From: Methanococcus maripaludis
Lineage (GTDB): Archaea > AGJL01 > Methanococci > Methanococcales > Methanococcaceae
Length of the DNA stretch: 32,000 bases
Assembly (NCBI RefSeq): GCF_002945325.1
Contig: NZ_CP026606.1
Coordinates: 270,001-302,000 of the forward strand
Reading direction: 5' to 3'
The translations under genes and the position numbers were made by a program. The notes under the pieces were generated by a model. The model was not told where the DNA came from, ran no database searches, and saw only the letters and a program-made list of their open reading frames with translations. This document shows positions 1 through 10,552 of this stretch, one piece after another. Positions within the stretch are counted from its first letter, which is position 1. Every line of letters starts with the position of its first letter.

Positions 1-2733
1 AGCTATTGCCTTTTTAACGCCTATTTTCATTATTTCGTTAATTAATTTCATCACTTCTTTTCCATGCCTTTTGAATTTATCTTCTTTCATAACGAGTGGA
101 ATAAGTGCTTTTACGTTTTTCTCAGCGTTCTCATTCATAAATTCAAGGAGGTCGTATTTCCAGTCGTCTGCAGTGTATAAATACATTTTTTCAGGGTTGA
201 TTTTTGCAACTCCTTTAATATTTCGAATATCTTCCATTGCAGACTTGATAAATTCTTCCCCAAGTTCTAAATCTTCATTAATTAATTCTGGCTTGATTAA
301 AGGATACATTTCTTGTGAAATAAATCCAGCATACCCTAATTTTTCCCAGATTTCTTCACAGAGGTGTGGTGTTACTGGGGAGAGTAATTTAGTCCAAATT
401 TCAACAACTTCTTTTAAAACATTGTTGTTTTCCCCGCCTCTTCGTTTATACCATCTTAAATCATTGATGAGTTCATAGAACATCAAACCAATTTTTCTAA
501 GCTGGAATTCTTCGTATGCAGTTTCAGCACCTTTTATTGAACTGTAAGTTTTGTGTAAAAGCCATTTATCAATTAAAGATAGTTCTTTTTCAGTTTTTTC
601 TTCTTCCATGACTGATACTGCAAGTTCGTATAATTTTATTAGATTATCTCTTGCTTTTTCCATTTCTTTGAATTTAACGTCTGCATCTTGCGGAAGTTCA
701 GCACATGTTGTGATGTAAAATCTCGCAACATCTGCACCAAAGTTTTCTGCAACTTCTGAAACAGGTAAAACCGGACCTTTTGATTTTGAGAGTTTTTTAC
801 CCTCAATTGTAACGTATCCGTTTATTTCAATCCCTCTTGGCCAGTGTTCTCTTCCAAATAATGCAACGTGGTTGAATATCATGAATGTGAGGTGGTTTGG
901 AATTAAATCTTTTGCAGAACATCTCCAGTCAAGCGGGTAGTAGTATAAAAATTCTTTTCTCATTTCTTCAATTGTTTCTGTTGGAATTTTTGAATTTTTA
1001 GCTATTTCATCAACATTTCCTTTTCCAAGGTAGACGTAATCAAATAATTCTGGAATAAGCTGTTCTGGAGTTAACCCTTCGTTTATAAATCTTGCAATTG
1101 TGTAATATGCCATGTAAATTGTACTGTCCGATAATGATTCAATAATCCAGTTTTCATCAAACGGCAGTATTGTTCCAAGCCCTTTTTTCCTTGCACAAGC
1201 TTTGTCCTTCATCCAATCAACTTTGTTGTGGAATTCCTGCCTTATTCCTTCTGGAGCAAAGTTCATATTATCGATACATTCGTGTGCGAGTTTCTTCCAG
1301 TTTTCGTCAGAATAGTTGATAAACCACTGTCCTTTTACGGTTTTTATAATGCACTTTTCACCGCACCTGCAGACAACTTTCTGCTCTGAAAATTCGTACA
1401 TTATTTCTGCAATGTTTGAATTTATGTAATCTTTTGTTAATTTTTCTTTAATGTCTTTTACAGAAATTCCTGCGTATTCTCCGCAGTTTTCATTTAATTT
1501 TCCCTTGTGAAATTCGTCCTTGTAGATTTTACTCGTTGCTTGTTCGAGTAACTCTTCATCATTTTGGTCTTTAACTCCCAGTTTTTCCACAATCTCTTTT
1601 GCAGGATATTTATCGTATCCTTCAATTTCGATTAAGGGGATTAAACCTACTTCTTCAACTTTTCCAAGATCCCTTAAAGCAACGTAGTCGTATGGGGCGT
1701 GTGCTGGAACACTCATTACACACCCTGTTCCAATTCCCATTTCAACGAAATCTGCTGGAAGAAGAGGAACTTCTTTTTTCGTAACAGGATTTTTAATTTT
1801 CAAGCCGAGTAATTCGCTTCCTTTAATTTCTTTTAAAATTTCAATTTTTCTATCTTGCTCTTTTAATTTATCTGCACATTCTTTTCCAATAACCCAGATA
1901 CCGTTGTATTTTAAATCAACATCTTCACTATCCAATTTCTGGATTTCATCGTGGACTTCTGCCATTACGTAAATTTCATTTGGATTAACCCACGCATTGG
2001 TTACACCAAAGACTGTTTCAGGCCTTAATGTTGCCATTGGCATTATTATTTCTTTTCCGTCAAAGTTGGAAGTAAATTTAATTAAGCTGTATTCTACTGT
2101 TGTTGATTCCTCACCGTGGAGTAAATCGTGGTCTTCTACAGGGTTTTCACATTTAGGACAGTATCTTACAGGGTGTGAACCTTTTGTAATGTGCCCCATT
2201 TCTTTTAAGTTGTAAAATTGCCATTCTATGAACTTACTGAATACTTTATCATCAGTTTTGAAGTTTCTTCTCCAATCGAGTGAAAATCCCATTCTTTTAA
2301 ATGCTTCTGTTGCTTTTTTTGAAAAACATTCAACTATTGCTTCAGGGGTGTTTAATTTTAAGAGTTCATCCATCGGAATGTTGTGTAAATTATTGTAAGC
2401 CCAGATAATATCTTTTTTTCTCTCTTTAATCTGGTTTGCTAAGCCCAAAATAGGAGTTCCAGTAACGTGAAATCCAAAAGTCCAGAGCACGTTTTTATTT
2501 TTCATTCTCTGATATCTTGCAATTGTTTCAGGAATTGTAAATGTTCTTAAGTGTCCTGCATGAAGCACCCCGTTTAAATATGGGAATGCAGCTGTTATGA
2601 AAAATTTATCCCTTGAATCGTGTTCCGCTTCAAAAATTTTAGCTTCTGTCCATTTTTTCTGCCATTTGTCCATTATTTTAATTAAATCAACGGATTTATG
2701 GCCTGTTTCTCCAATTACTTCTTTCTGATCCAT
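1..2733 (-). CDS. leuS: Leucyl-tRNA synthetase, archaeal type (C-terminus truncated by window edge)
   Basis: Hand translation of the minus strand from ATG at 2733 reads MDQKEVIGETGHKSVDLIKIMDKWQKKWTEAKIFEAEH...FITAAFPYLNGVLHAGHLRTF... with a KLSKSKG class I signature; reading frame still open at position 1. Absent from the supplied ORF track. Confidence 0.93.
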   Translation of the reverse strand, partial: MDQKEVIGETGHKSVDLIKIMDKWQKKWTEAKIFEAEHDSRDKFFITAAFPYLNGVLHAGHLRTFTIPETIARYQRMKNKNVLWTFGFHVTGTPILGLANQIKERKKDIIWAYNNLHNIPMDELLKLNTPEAIVECFSKKATEAFKRMGFSLDWRRNFKTDDKVFSKFIEWQFYNLKEMGHITKGSHPVRYCPKCENPVEDHDLLHGEESTTVEYSLIKFTSNFDGKEIIMPMATLRPETVFGVTNAWVNPNEIYVMAEVHDEIQKLDSEDVDLKYNGIWVIGKECADKLKEQDRKIEILKEIKGSELLGLKIKNPVTKKEVPLLPADFVEMGIGTGCVMSVPAHAPYDYVALRDLGKVEEVGLIPLIEIEGYDKYPAKEIVEKLGVKDQNDEELLEQATSKIYKDEFHKGKLNENCGEYAGISVKDIKEKLTKDYINSNIAEIMYEFSEQKVVCRCGEKCIIKTVKGQWFINYSDENWKKLAHECIDNMNFAPEGIRQEFHNKVDWMKDKACARKKGLGTILPFDENWIIESLSDSTIYMAYYTIARFINEGLTPEQLIPELFDYVYLGKGNVDEIAKNSKIPTETIEEMRKEFLYYYPLDWRCSAKDLIPNHLTFMIFNHVALFGREHWPRGIEINGYVTIEGKKLSKSKGPVLPVSEVAENFGADVARFYITTCAELPQDADVKFKEMEKARDNLIKLYELAVSVMEEEKTEKELSLIDKWLLHKTYSSIKGAETAYEEFQLRKIGLMFYELINDLRWYKRRGGENNNVLKEVVEIWTKLLSPVTPHLCEEIWEKLGYAGFISQEMYPLIKPELINEDLELGEEFIKSAMEDIRNIKGVAKINPEKMYLYTADDWKYDLLEFMNENAEKNVKALIPLVMKEDKFKRHGKEVMKLINEIMKIGVKKAIA

Positions 2734-2995
2734 ATTTCTCACTCTTTTATCTTAAAATCTATCTTCCAATTATTTATGCAAACATTAACAACATTTTTAG
2801 AGATAAAATTAAATATTTATCAAATACTCATCAATTTAGCAATATTTTCATAAATTATATAAATATATTTTATAAATAGTCTGTCATGTTAGATGCATAT
2901 GCATGAAATAATTATGTAAGTTATTTTACTGCTTATTTTATATTAAAAATATTAAAACACGTTAATTCTAAAGATAACTATTTACGGTGAAAAAA

Positions 2996-4378
2996 ATGGA
3001 ATTTTCTGAATGGTACAGCGACATATTAGAAAAAGCCGGAATTTACGACTTAAGATATCCAATAAAAGGATGCGGAGTTTACCTCCCATACGGTTTTAAA
3101 ATCAGGAGATATTCTTTTGAAATTTTAAGAAAATTACTCGATGAAACCGGTCACGATGAAACACTCTTTCCAATGTTAATACCTGAAAATTTGCTTGCAA
3201 AAGAAGGAGAACACATCAAAGGGTTTGAAGATGAAGTTTTCTGGGTAACTCATGGGGGAAAAACTCCATTGGAAGTAAAACTTGCATTAAGGCCCACATC
3301 TGAAACTACAATGTACTACATGATGAAGCAGTGGATCAAAGTGCATACTGACCTTCCATTAAAACTCTACCAAGTAGTAAACACTTTCAGGTACGAAACA
3401 AAGCATACGAGGCCATTAATCAGGTTACGAGAAATAATGAGTTTTAAAGAAGCACACACAGCTCATGCAACAAAAAAAGAATGTGATGCACAGATTGAAG
3501 AAGCACTAACGCTCTACAAAGCATTTTTTGATGAAATCGGTGTTCCATACGTAATTTCTAAAAGGCCAGAATGGGATAAATTCCCAGGAGCGGACTACAC
3601 AATGGCATTTGATACAATATATCCTGATGGAAAAACAATGCAGATTGGAACAGTTCACAATCTTGGTCAAAACTTTGCAAAAACTTTTGAACTTGAATTT
3701 GAAACTCCTGATGGCGAAAAGGATTTCGTGTACCAAACATGCTACGGAATTTCCGATAGGGCAATTGCATCATTAATTTCAGTTCACGGGGACGAAAAAG
3801 GTCTTGTAATTCCTGTAGACGTTGCACCAATCCAGATTGTTCTTATCCCTTTATTATTCAAAGGAAAAGAAGAAATTGTAATGGATAAAATTAAAGAATT
3901 AAATAAAACCTTAAAATCAGAATTCAGAGTCCATTTAGACGATAGAGACATTAGACCTGGAAGAAAATATAATGACTGGGAATTAAAAGGAGTTCCATTA
4001 AGAATCGAACTTGGACCAAGAGATATTGAAAATGGACATGCATTAATTGTCAGAAGGGATACTGGAGAAAAAATAACCGTTGAATATTCAAATATTTTAG
4101 AAGAAGTTGAAAAAATAGTTTCAATGTATAAAGATAACTTAAAAATAAAAGCTGAAGAAAAAATTAAAAGCTTTATAACGGTTGTAGACTTTGAAAGCGA
4201 CGTAAATGCACTTTCAGAAAAAGTTAAAGCTGAACTTTTGGAAAATAAGGGAATAATATTAATTCCATTTGAGGAATCAATCTACAACGAAGAATTCGAA
4301 GAATTAATCGATGCATCAGTTTTAGGTCTGACTACTTATGAAGGAAAAGAATATATTTCAGTTGCCAGAACATACTAA
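2996..4378 (+). CDS. proS: Prolyl-tRNA synthetase (archaeal/eukaryotic type, class II)
   Basis: Translation [38 protein letters not shown]...[12 protein letters not shown]...; SD GGTG at 2986-2989 favours ATG 2996 over the tracked GTG at 2987, which overlaps the SD. Confidence 0.96.
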   Translation: MEFSEWYSDILEKAGIYDLRYPIKGCGVYLPYGFKIRRYSFEILRKLLDETGHDETLFPMLIPENLLAKEGEHIKGFEDEVFWVTHGGKTPLEVKLALRPTSETTMYYMMKQWIKVHTDLPLKLYQVVNTFRYETKHTRPLIRLREIMSFKEAHTAHATKKECDAQIEEALTLYKAFFDEIGVPYVISKRPEWDKFPGADYTMAFDTIYPDGKTMQIGTVHNLGQNFAKTFELEFETPDGEKDFVYQTCYGISDRAIASLISVHGDEKGLVIPVDVAPIQIVLIPLLFKGKEEIVMDKIKELNKTLKSEFRVHLDDRDIRPGRKYNDWELKGVPLRIELGPRDIENGHALIVRRDTGEKITVEYSNILEEVEKIVSMYKDNLKIKAEEKIKSFITVVDFESDVNALSEKVKAELLENKGIILIPFEESIYNEEFEELIDASVLGLTTYEGKEYISVARTY

Positions 4379-4473
4379 TAATCAAAAACTTACGCCGAAT
4401 TTCTTTTATTTTTAAAAACCGGTGAGTATATAAAGCATTTATTATAAATTGATTAATATTAAGTGGTGATAAG

Positions 4474-5133
4474 ATGATATCCAACAGCGAATACCATAAA
4501 GAGTATATGAAAGGAACGACCACCGTAGGATTACTTTGTAATGATGGCGTCGTTTTAGCTACTGATAAAAGGGCTACAATGGGCAATCTTATCGCGGATA
4601 AAGAAGCGAAAAAGTTATATAAGATTGATGACTACATAGCAATGACTATAGCTGGAAGTGTTGGGGATGCACAGTCACTCATCAGGTTAATTTCTGCTGA
4701 GGCAAAAATCTACAAAATGAGAACTGGAAACAATATGACGCCTCTTTCATGCACCACATTAATAAGTAACGTCTTGCATGGTAACAGACATTACCCTCTT
4801 TTAACACAATTAATACTCGGTGGATACGATCTGATTAACGGAGCTAAACTGTTTTCACTCGATCCAGTTGGAGGCATTAATGAAGAATCTTCATTTACGG
4901 CCACAGGATCAGGTTCACCTACTGCTTACGGAGTACTCGAATCAGAATACAAATCCGATATCGCAATAGAAAAAGGATTATTAATTGCTGTAAAAGCTCT
5001 CTCGTCTGCTATGCAAAGAGATGCATACTCTGGAAATGGTATTTCCTTAGCTCATATCAATAAAGATGGAGTAAAATTATACTCAGACGCAGAAATTGAG
5101 GGTTTTTTAAAAAAAATCAACAGAAAAAGATAA
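4474..5133 (+). CDS. psmB: Proteasome beta subunit with short propeptide (...EYMKG|TTTVGLLC)
   Basis: [39 protein letters not shown] is the classic 20S beta N-terminal Thr motif; GGTGAT SD at 4464. Confidence 0.97.
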
Positions 5134-5163
5134 ATTAAAAATATAATATCTCAAATTCTACTA

Positions 5164-5192
5164 TTGAAAAGTATTCTTTTCAAATTTTTTTT
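5164..5192 (+). terminator. Hairpin plus U8 tract, intrinsic-like terminator after psmB
   Basis: TTGAAAAG-TATT-CTTTTCAA (8 bp perfect stem, 4 nt loop) followed by A and TTTTTTTT. Confidence 0.65.
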
Positions 5193-5267
5193 ATGTTTTA
5201 ACACAGATTAATCAATTTTATAGGCGTTTCTAGAATTTAAACAGACATATTATTAGGAGGGACTATT

Positions 5268-7175
5268 TTGTCAGCTGAAGATATATTAAACGAGATAAAG
5301 GCGGCGGTTATAAACAAAGCCCCAGGAAATGCGGTTATTACTGACGTCGAATTTGAAGGTTCAGAAGTAGTTATTTATGCAAAAAACCCAGAACTTTTTT
5401 CAAACAATCTTATCAAAGAATTTGCAAGGGACTTTAGAAAAAGACTTGCAATTCGACCGGATCCATCTGTTTTAGTCGAACCTGATATCGCGAAAGATAA
5501 AATTTTAAAAATAGTTCCAGAGGATGCTGAAATTACAAACTGTATTTTCGATGCAAATACTGGTGAAGTAATAATTGAATCTAAAAAACCAGGACTAGTA
5601 ATTGGAAAAGAAGGTTCCACCCTTGAAGATATTAAAAAAGCAATTCAGTGGGCCCCAAAACCAGTTAGAACCCCACCGATTCCATCAGATACAATTAAAG
5701 CCATTAGAGCTACAATGTATCGAGAAAGAGCAGATGTAAAAGATATTTTAAGAAGAATCGGAAGAAGAATCCATAGAGACGTAAGACTCAGAGATGATTC
5801 ATGGGTTAGAACTTCGTTTTTAGGGGGAAGTAGGGAAGTTGGAAGAACTTGTCTTTACCACCAGACTCCTGAAAGCAGAATCTTGGTTGACTGTGGAATC
5901 AACATTGCAGTTGAAGATGAAAAAGCATTTCCTCATTTTGACGCACCTGAATTTTCAATCGAAGAAATTGATGCAGTTGTAGTAACTCACGCGCACCTTG
6001 ACCACTGTGGATTTATTCCCGGATTATTTAGATACGGTTATGATGGTCCAGTTTACTGTACCAAACCAACAAGAGATTTGATGACTCTTTTACAGAAAGA
6101 TTACGTTGACATTACTGAAAAAGAAGGTAAAAATGTTCCATATTCATCAAAAGATATTAAAAACTGTATTAAACACACAATTCCACTTGACTATGGTGTT
6201 ACTACAGACATTGCGCCTGCAATCAACTTAACAATGCACAATGCAGGACACATTTTAGGTTCAGCAATTGCACACTGCCACGTGGGCGATGGACTTTATA
6301 ACGTTGCATACACAGGAGACATTAAATTTGAAGCATCAAGATTATTAGAACCTGCAGTATGCCAGTTCCCAAGACTTGAAACATTGATTATCGAATCTAC
6401 TTACGGAGGATACGACGATGTACTTCCGGAAAGAGACGAAACTGAGAAAGAATTCTTAAGAGTAATTGCTGAAACCATTGCAAGAAAAGGAAAAGCAATA
6501 ATTCCAGTATTTGGTATCGGAAGAGCTCAGGAATTGATGCTTGTTTTAGAAGAAGGATACAATCAGGGAATATTCAACGCTCCAGTATATCTAGACGGTA
6601 TGATTTGGGAAGCAACTGCAATACACACTGCTTATCCAGAATACCTCTCGAAAAACATGAGAAACAGAATTTTCCACGAAGGAGACAACCCATTCCTTTC
6701 AGAAGTATTTAAAAAAGTTAAAAATACAAACGATAGAAGAAACATCATGGATAGCGATGAACCAGGAATTATTTTAACTACCTCAGGTATGCTCAGCGGT
6801 GGACCGAGTGTTGAATATTTCAAAAACCTCGCAGATGATGAGAAAAACTCAATCGTATTTGTAGGTTACCAGTCTGAAGGAACATTGGGTAGAAAAATCC
6901 AGAAAGGATTTAAAGAAATCCCATTAATGGGTAAAAACGGAAGAAGTAAGGCTGTTAAAGTGAATCTTTCAGTTCATACATTAGAAGGATTTTCAGGACA
7001 CAGTGATAGAAAACAGCTCATAAAATACCTTAGAAAATTAAAACCGATCCCAGACCGTATATTAACAGTTCACGGGGAAGTTTCAAAATGTATCGACCTT
7101 GCAAGTACCGCATACAAGTTATTTAAAAAAGAAACGAAAGCTCCAATGAATCTCGATTCAATAAGATTGAGATAA
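5268..7175 (+). CDS. aCPSF1/FttA: KH-domain beta-CASP ribonuclease and archaeal transcription termination factor
   Basis: KH region (VIGKEGSTLEDIKKAI), metallo-beta-lactamase motif THAHLDHCG, GHILGSAI and GHSDR; TTG start with GGAGG SD at 5256-5260. Confidence 0.95.
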   Translation: MSAEDILNEIKAAVINKAPGNAVITDVEFEGSEVVIYAKNPELFSNNLIKEFARDFRKRLAIRPDPSVLVEPDIAKDKILKIVPEDAEITNCIFDANTGEVIIESKKPGLVIGKEGSTLEDIKKAIQWAPKPVRTPPIPSDTIKAIRATMYRERADVKDILRRIGRRIHRDVRLRDDSWVRTSFLGGSREVGRTCLYHQTPESRILVDCGINIAVEDEKAFPHFDAPEFSIEEIDAVVVTHAHLDHCGFIPGLFRYGYDGPVYCTKPTRDLMTLLQKDYVDITEKEGKNVPYSSKDIKNCIKHTIPLDYGVTTDIAPAINLTMHNAGHILGSAIAHCHVGDGLYNVAYTGDIKFEASRLLEPAVCQFPRLETLIIESTYGGYDDVLPERDETEKEFLRVIAETIARKGKAIIPVFGIGRAQELMLVLEEGYNQGIFNAPVYLDGMIWEATAIHTAYPEYLSKNMRNRIFHEGDNPFLSEVFKKVKNTNDRRNIMDSDEPGIILTTSGMLSGGPSVEYFKNLADDEKNSIVFVGYQSEGTLGRKIQKGFKEIPLMGKNGRSKAVKVNLSVHTLEGFSGHSDRKQLIKYLRKLKPIPDRILTVHGEVSKCIDLASTAYKLFKKETKAPMNLDSIRLR

Positions 7176-7256
7176 GTATTCTTTTTTATTTTTAATTCGA
7201 ATAATTGATATACCCCTTTTTTCAAAAGTTATATATGGATATATCGGGGTGATACA

Positions 7257-8123
7257 ATGGATTATTTCAAAATATTCGCTATTTTTTTAGTTTTAATTAT
7301 TCCAGTATCTGCAAGCGATGTCGTGCTTGTAAGCGACACTGTTTCAGACTGTGCAAGCGCAAATATTATTCCAACAATTAACGATTCATACGTTGTTATA
7401 AATACATCTTGGGGAGTTTATGACGATGATGTGCTTGAACAGATATCAAACGAAAATCCAAAAAACGTAATTATTGTAGGAGGCACTGTTGCAGTTCCTT
7501 CTGAATACGACACCCAATTAGAAGAAGCAGGAATAACTGTTGAAAGAATATACGGTATTGATAGGTACCAGACAAACAAAAATGTAATATTAAAATTTAA
7601 AGATCAGATCCAGGACAGAAATATGTGGATAGTTTATGGGGACGATGATAGACCAGAATTTTGTAATGCTGGAAGCAATATCGTAATTTTATCAAATGGT
7701 ACGGCATTGTCCGTTGATGATGAAGATTTAGGAGATTTTGATCCTGGAAGAGTTACCATTATGGAAAATCCAGTATTTAATTCAAACAATGTGATGGCAC
7801 GACTTCAAAATCAAGGATTTTACGTAAGTACTCAATCAATGCCTGAAAGCGTGTTGAATAGAACTGTTTACAGAAAAATGGAACAGTTACAACTCCAAAT
7901 CGAAACCATGGAACAGCTCGGAATAAATTGTACTCCACTTAGAAATGATTTAAATTCTATAAATAATTCCATAAGAAATCAGAACTTAGAACAGGCCTAT
8001 GCTGGAGAAATAGTTCTTGAAAGGAATTTACTAAGTTACAAACATCAAAACCGCCACGTTTACTGGAACGGGCCAAAAATCACATACAATCCAAAAAATA
8101 ATAGTCCTAACTACAACAATTAA
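7257..8123 (+). CDS. Secreted protein with cell wall binding repeat 2 (CWB2)-like domain, paralog A
   Basis: Signal peptide MDYFKIFAIFLVLIIPVSAS; NVIIVGGTVAVPSEYDTQLEEAGITVERIYGIDRYQTN resembles the CWB2 motif; GGTGAT SD at 7248. Confidence 0.7.
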   Translation: MDYFKIFAIFLVLIIPVSASDVVLVSDTVSDCASANIIPTINDSYVVINTSWGVYDDDVLEQISNENPKNVIIVGGTVAVPSEYDTQLEEAGITVERIYGIDRYQTNKNVILKFKDQIQDRNMWIVYGDDDRPEFCNAGSNIVILSNGTALSVDDEDLGDFDPGRVTIMENPVFNSNNVMARLQNQGFYVSTQSMPESVLNRTVYRKMEQLQLQIETMEQLGINCTPLRNDLNSINNSIRNQNLEQAYAGEIVLERNLLSYKHQNRHVYWNGPKITYNPKNNSPNYNN

Positions 8124-8188
8124 ATAATTTAATATATAATAAACAATAATACTATTTTATTGCCTTTAAAACGTTTAGAGGGATTTTT

Positions 8189-9145
8189 ATGGACATTTTT
8201 AAAAAATTAGTTCTATTAATGATTCTATTAATGCCGGTTTCTTATGCAAGCGATGTCATTTTAGTAAGTGACAACTTTGCAGACAAACTCGTAGCTCAAA
8301 CTATTGCTGACGAACTCGACGAATTTGTACTCGTTGAATCCCCATGGGGAAATTTCAGCAATGATACATTAAATGAAATATTAAACGAATCTCCTGAAGA
8401 TGTAGTGATAATTGGCGGAACTGTGGCAGTTCCTGAAAATTATACAACTGCATTAGAAAATGAAAATATTACTGTTGAAAGAATCAATGGTTCAGATAGA
8501 TTTGATACAAACAACCTTACAATAAATAGATTTAAAGATTTATTCGTTAACAAATCAATATTAATCGTTTATGCTAACGGCACAAATGATACATACGGAA
8601 ATATCACCAATGTAACCTTTGTATTAACTGATGGAAACAAAACCTCAGTAAGCGAAGAAGTTATGGAAAATATATCTGATAACATTACAGTTTTAGAAGA
8701 TGCTGCATACAACTACAGCGGACTTTTAAAAAGACTTCAAAACCATGGATTCCAGGTAAGTACTGCTTCAATGCCTGGAAATGTTTTAAAAGCAAAAATT
8801 GAAAGAAGAATGAATACTATTCAGACAACTCTTCAAGCTTTAGAACAGAACGGAATCAATATTTCAGAACTCGATACAAAATATGGTGCATTAACTGATG
8901 CATACAATGGCGGAAACTACAGTTATGCTTATGCTCTTGCAATCCAGTTGGAAGATGACTTAAAAGCTAAACAGTACAAAACTACAGGAAATACAAAAGT
9001 CGAAAAAACCGTTAAAGTAAAAACAAACAACGGTAAATCTTCAAAAGATAATTCTGACGACGATGAAGAAGAAATAGAATACGAAAATGAAACCGAAGAA
9101 GAAAACGAAGACGATGAAGAAGAAAACAATGAAACTTCAGAATAA
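8189..9145 (+). CDS. Secreted protein with CWB2-like domain and highly acidic C-terminal tail, paralog B
   Basis: Signal peptide, DVVIIGGTVAVPENYTTALENENITVERINGSDRFDTN; tail DDDEEEIEYENETEEENEDDEEENNETSE. Confidence 0.7.
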   Translation: MDIFKKLVLLMILLMPVSYASDVILVSDNFADKLVAQTIADELDEFVLVESPWGNFSNDTLNEILNESPEDVVIIGGTVAVPENYTTALENENITVERINGSDRFDTNNLTINRFKDLFVNKSILIVYANGTNDTYGNITNVTFVLTDGNKTSVSEEVMENISDNITVLEDAAYNYSGLLKRLQNHGFQVSTASMPGNVLKAKIERRMNTIQTTLQALEQNGINISELDTKYGALTDAYNGGNYSYAYALAIQLEDDLKAKQYKTTGNTKVEKTVKVKTNNGKSSKDNSDDDEEEIEYENETEEENEDDEEENNETSE

Positions 9146-9230
9146 CGTTTGTGAAATATAACAATCAATTTTACTTTTTTCAGTTACTTTTTTTAAATTC
9201 GTTTCATAATATTATTATATTGGTGAAATG

Positions 9231-9776
9231 ATGAAAATGCAGATTTTAGTTTTAAGTTTATTGTTCATTTCGATTGTAACAACTTTTGCATGGGATGACT
9301 GCCCGTTTGGAGTTACAGATTCAGATTGTGAGTTTCCCGGAGCCTGCGGAAGGTATATTGATACAAATAATAATCAAATTTGCGACCATTCCGAACCGGT
9401 CCCTGAAAATCTAAAAGAAACCGTTTCAAGTTCTGAAAATGCAAGCTATGGTGATCTAGTTGAAACTTATGTTTCACTATCGGGAAAAGAATTAAAAACT
9501 TATACAATTAAAGAAATTTGCGAATATTACGGAATAAAAACTGAATCTTTGAAAAATAAACTAAATATTGAGGTAGATGACAGCATTACAATCGATCAGA
9601 TTCGTTCAATATATGGTTTTTCAGTTGTTGATATAAAATATGCAATATTTGACTGCATGGTAGAAGAAGGCATTGTAAATATTACTGAAAATACAATTTC
9701 AGAAGAAAATAAGTCTTTTTCAGAAAAAATAATTGATTTTTTGTTTACATGGATTGACTTAAGGAGTTTTTGGTGA
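9231..9776 (+). CDS. Exported Cys-containing small protein (CPFG...C..PGxCxxYIDTNNNxxCD motif), probably functionally linked to the downstream polyferredoxin
   Basis: Signal peptide; DDCPFGVTDSDCEFPGACGRYIDTNNNQICDHSEP; stop codon overlaps the SD region of the next gene. SD spacing favours ATG 9231 over tracked 9228. Confidence 0.6.
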   Translation: MKMQILVLSLLFISIVTTFAWDDCPFGVTDSDCEFPGACGRYIDTNNNQICDHSEPVPENLKETVSSSENASYGDLVETYVSLSGKELKTYTIKEICEYYGIKTESLKNKLNIEVDDSITIDQIRSIYGFSVVDIKYAIFDCMVEEGIVNITENTISEENKSFSEKIIDFLFTWIDLRSFW

Positions 9777-9781
9777 ATTAA

Positions 9782-10483
9782 ATGAAAATTAGTTTCCAAT
9801 TAATAAGAAATCTAATCAAAACATCATTTTTAGGATATTTTTTAGTGAATAATAGTTTTTGTCTGTGTATTGTAGGTTTTGTTCAAAGAATTCTTTTAAC
9901 ATTTAATTTAAGCGAGATTACACCCCAATTAATTGGACTTTCTGCGGTTTCAGTTGTTTTTGGGAGACTTTTTTGTGGATTTATATGCCCCTTTGGAATC
10001 ATTTTTGAATGGACGTATAAATTAAAAATGAAAATAGATAATTCAAAAATACTCCCAAAAGTAGATCCGAAAATCCATAACAAATTGATTTATCTAAAAT
10101 ATATTCTCTTAATAATCGGGCTTTATTTGACTTTTAAATATGCAACTTATGTAATTTGTGGAGTATGTCCAATTGGCTCGTTTGCAGGATTAAATGGAAC
10201 TGTAATTTCATTTATACTTCTAGGATTATTCATAATTTTAGGATATTTTATACCGATGTTTTTCTGCAGGTACTTCTGCCCAATTGGAGCACTTCTTGGA
10301 ATTCTATCTGTAAAACCGGTTTTTAAAATAAAATCTAATGATAAATGTAACACCTGCAGACTTTGTGAAAAGAAATGCCCAATGCAGATTAATATACTGG
10401 ATAATATGGATGAAAAAGAATGTATCCGATGTTTTCAGTGTGTGACTGCCTGTAAAAAAGGTGGAATAACATATGGAAGATAA
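9782..10483 (+). CDS. NapH/CcoG-like membrane polyferredoxin (4Fe-4S)
   Basis: FCGFICPFG, CGVCPIG, FCRYFCPIG transmembrane Cys motifs plus two ferredoxin motifs CNTCRLCEKKCP and CIRCFQCVTACKKG. Confidence 0.82.
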   Translation: MKISFQLIRNLIKTSFLGYFLVNNSFCLCIVGFVQRILLTFNLSEITPQLIGLSAVSVVFGRLFCGFICPFGIIFEWTYKLKMKIDNSKILPKVDPKIHNKLIYLKYILLIIGLYLTFKYATYVICGVCPIGSFAGLNGTVISFILLGLFIILGYFIPMFFCRYFCPIGALLGILSVKPVFKIKSNDKCNTCRLCEKKCPMQINILDNMDEKECIRCFQCVTACKKGGITYGR

Positions 10484-10552
10484 TTTTAAATTTACTTTTT
10501 TTAATTTCAAAATAAATAGTATAACAAAAAAAGATAAAAAAAGATTTTTTAT

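Noticed and set aside
71-478. Plus-strand 135-aa ORF and other plus ORFs within 1-2733
   Set aside because: Antisense to leuS, with low-complexity Ser/Phe composition typical of shadow ORFs.
4332-4586. 84-aa minus ORF across the proS/psmB junction
   Set aside because: Antisense to two conserved genes with no family resemblance.
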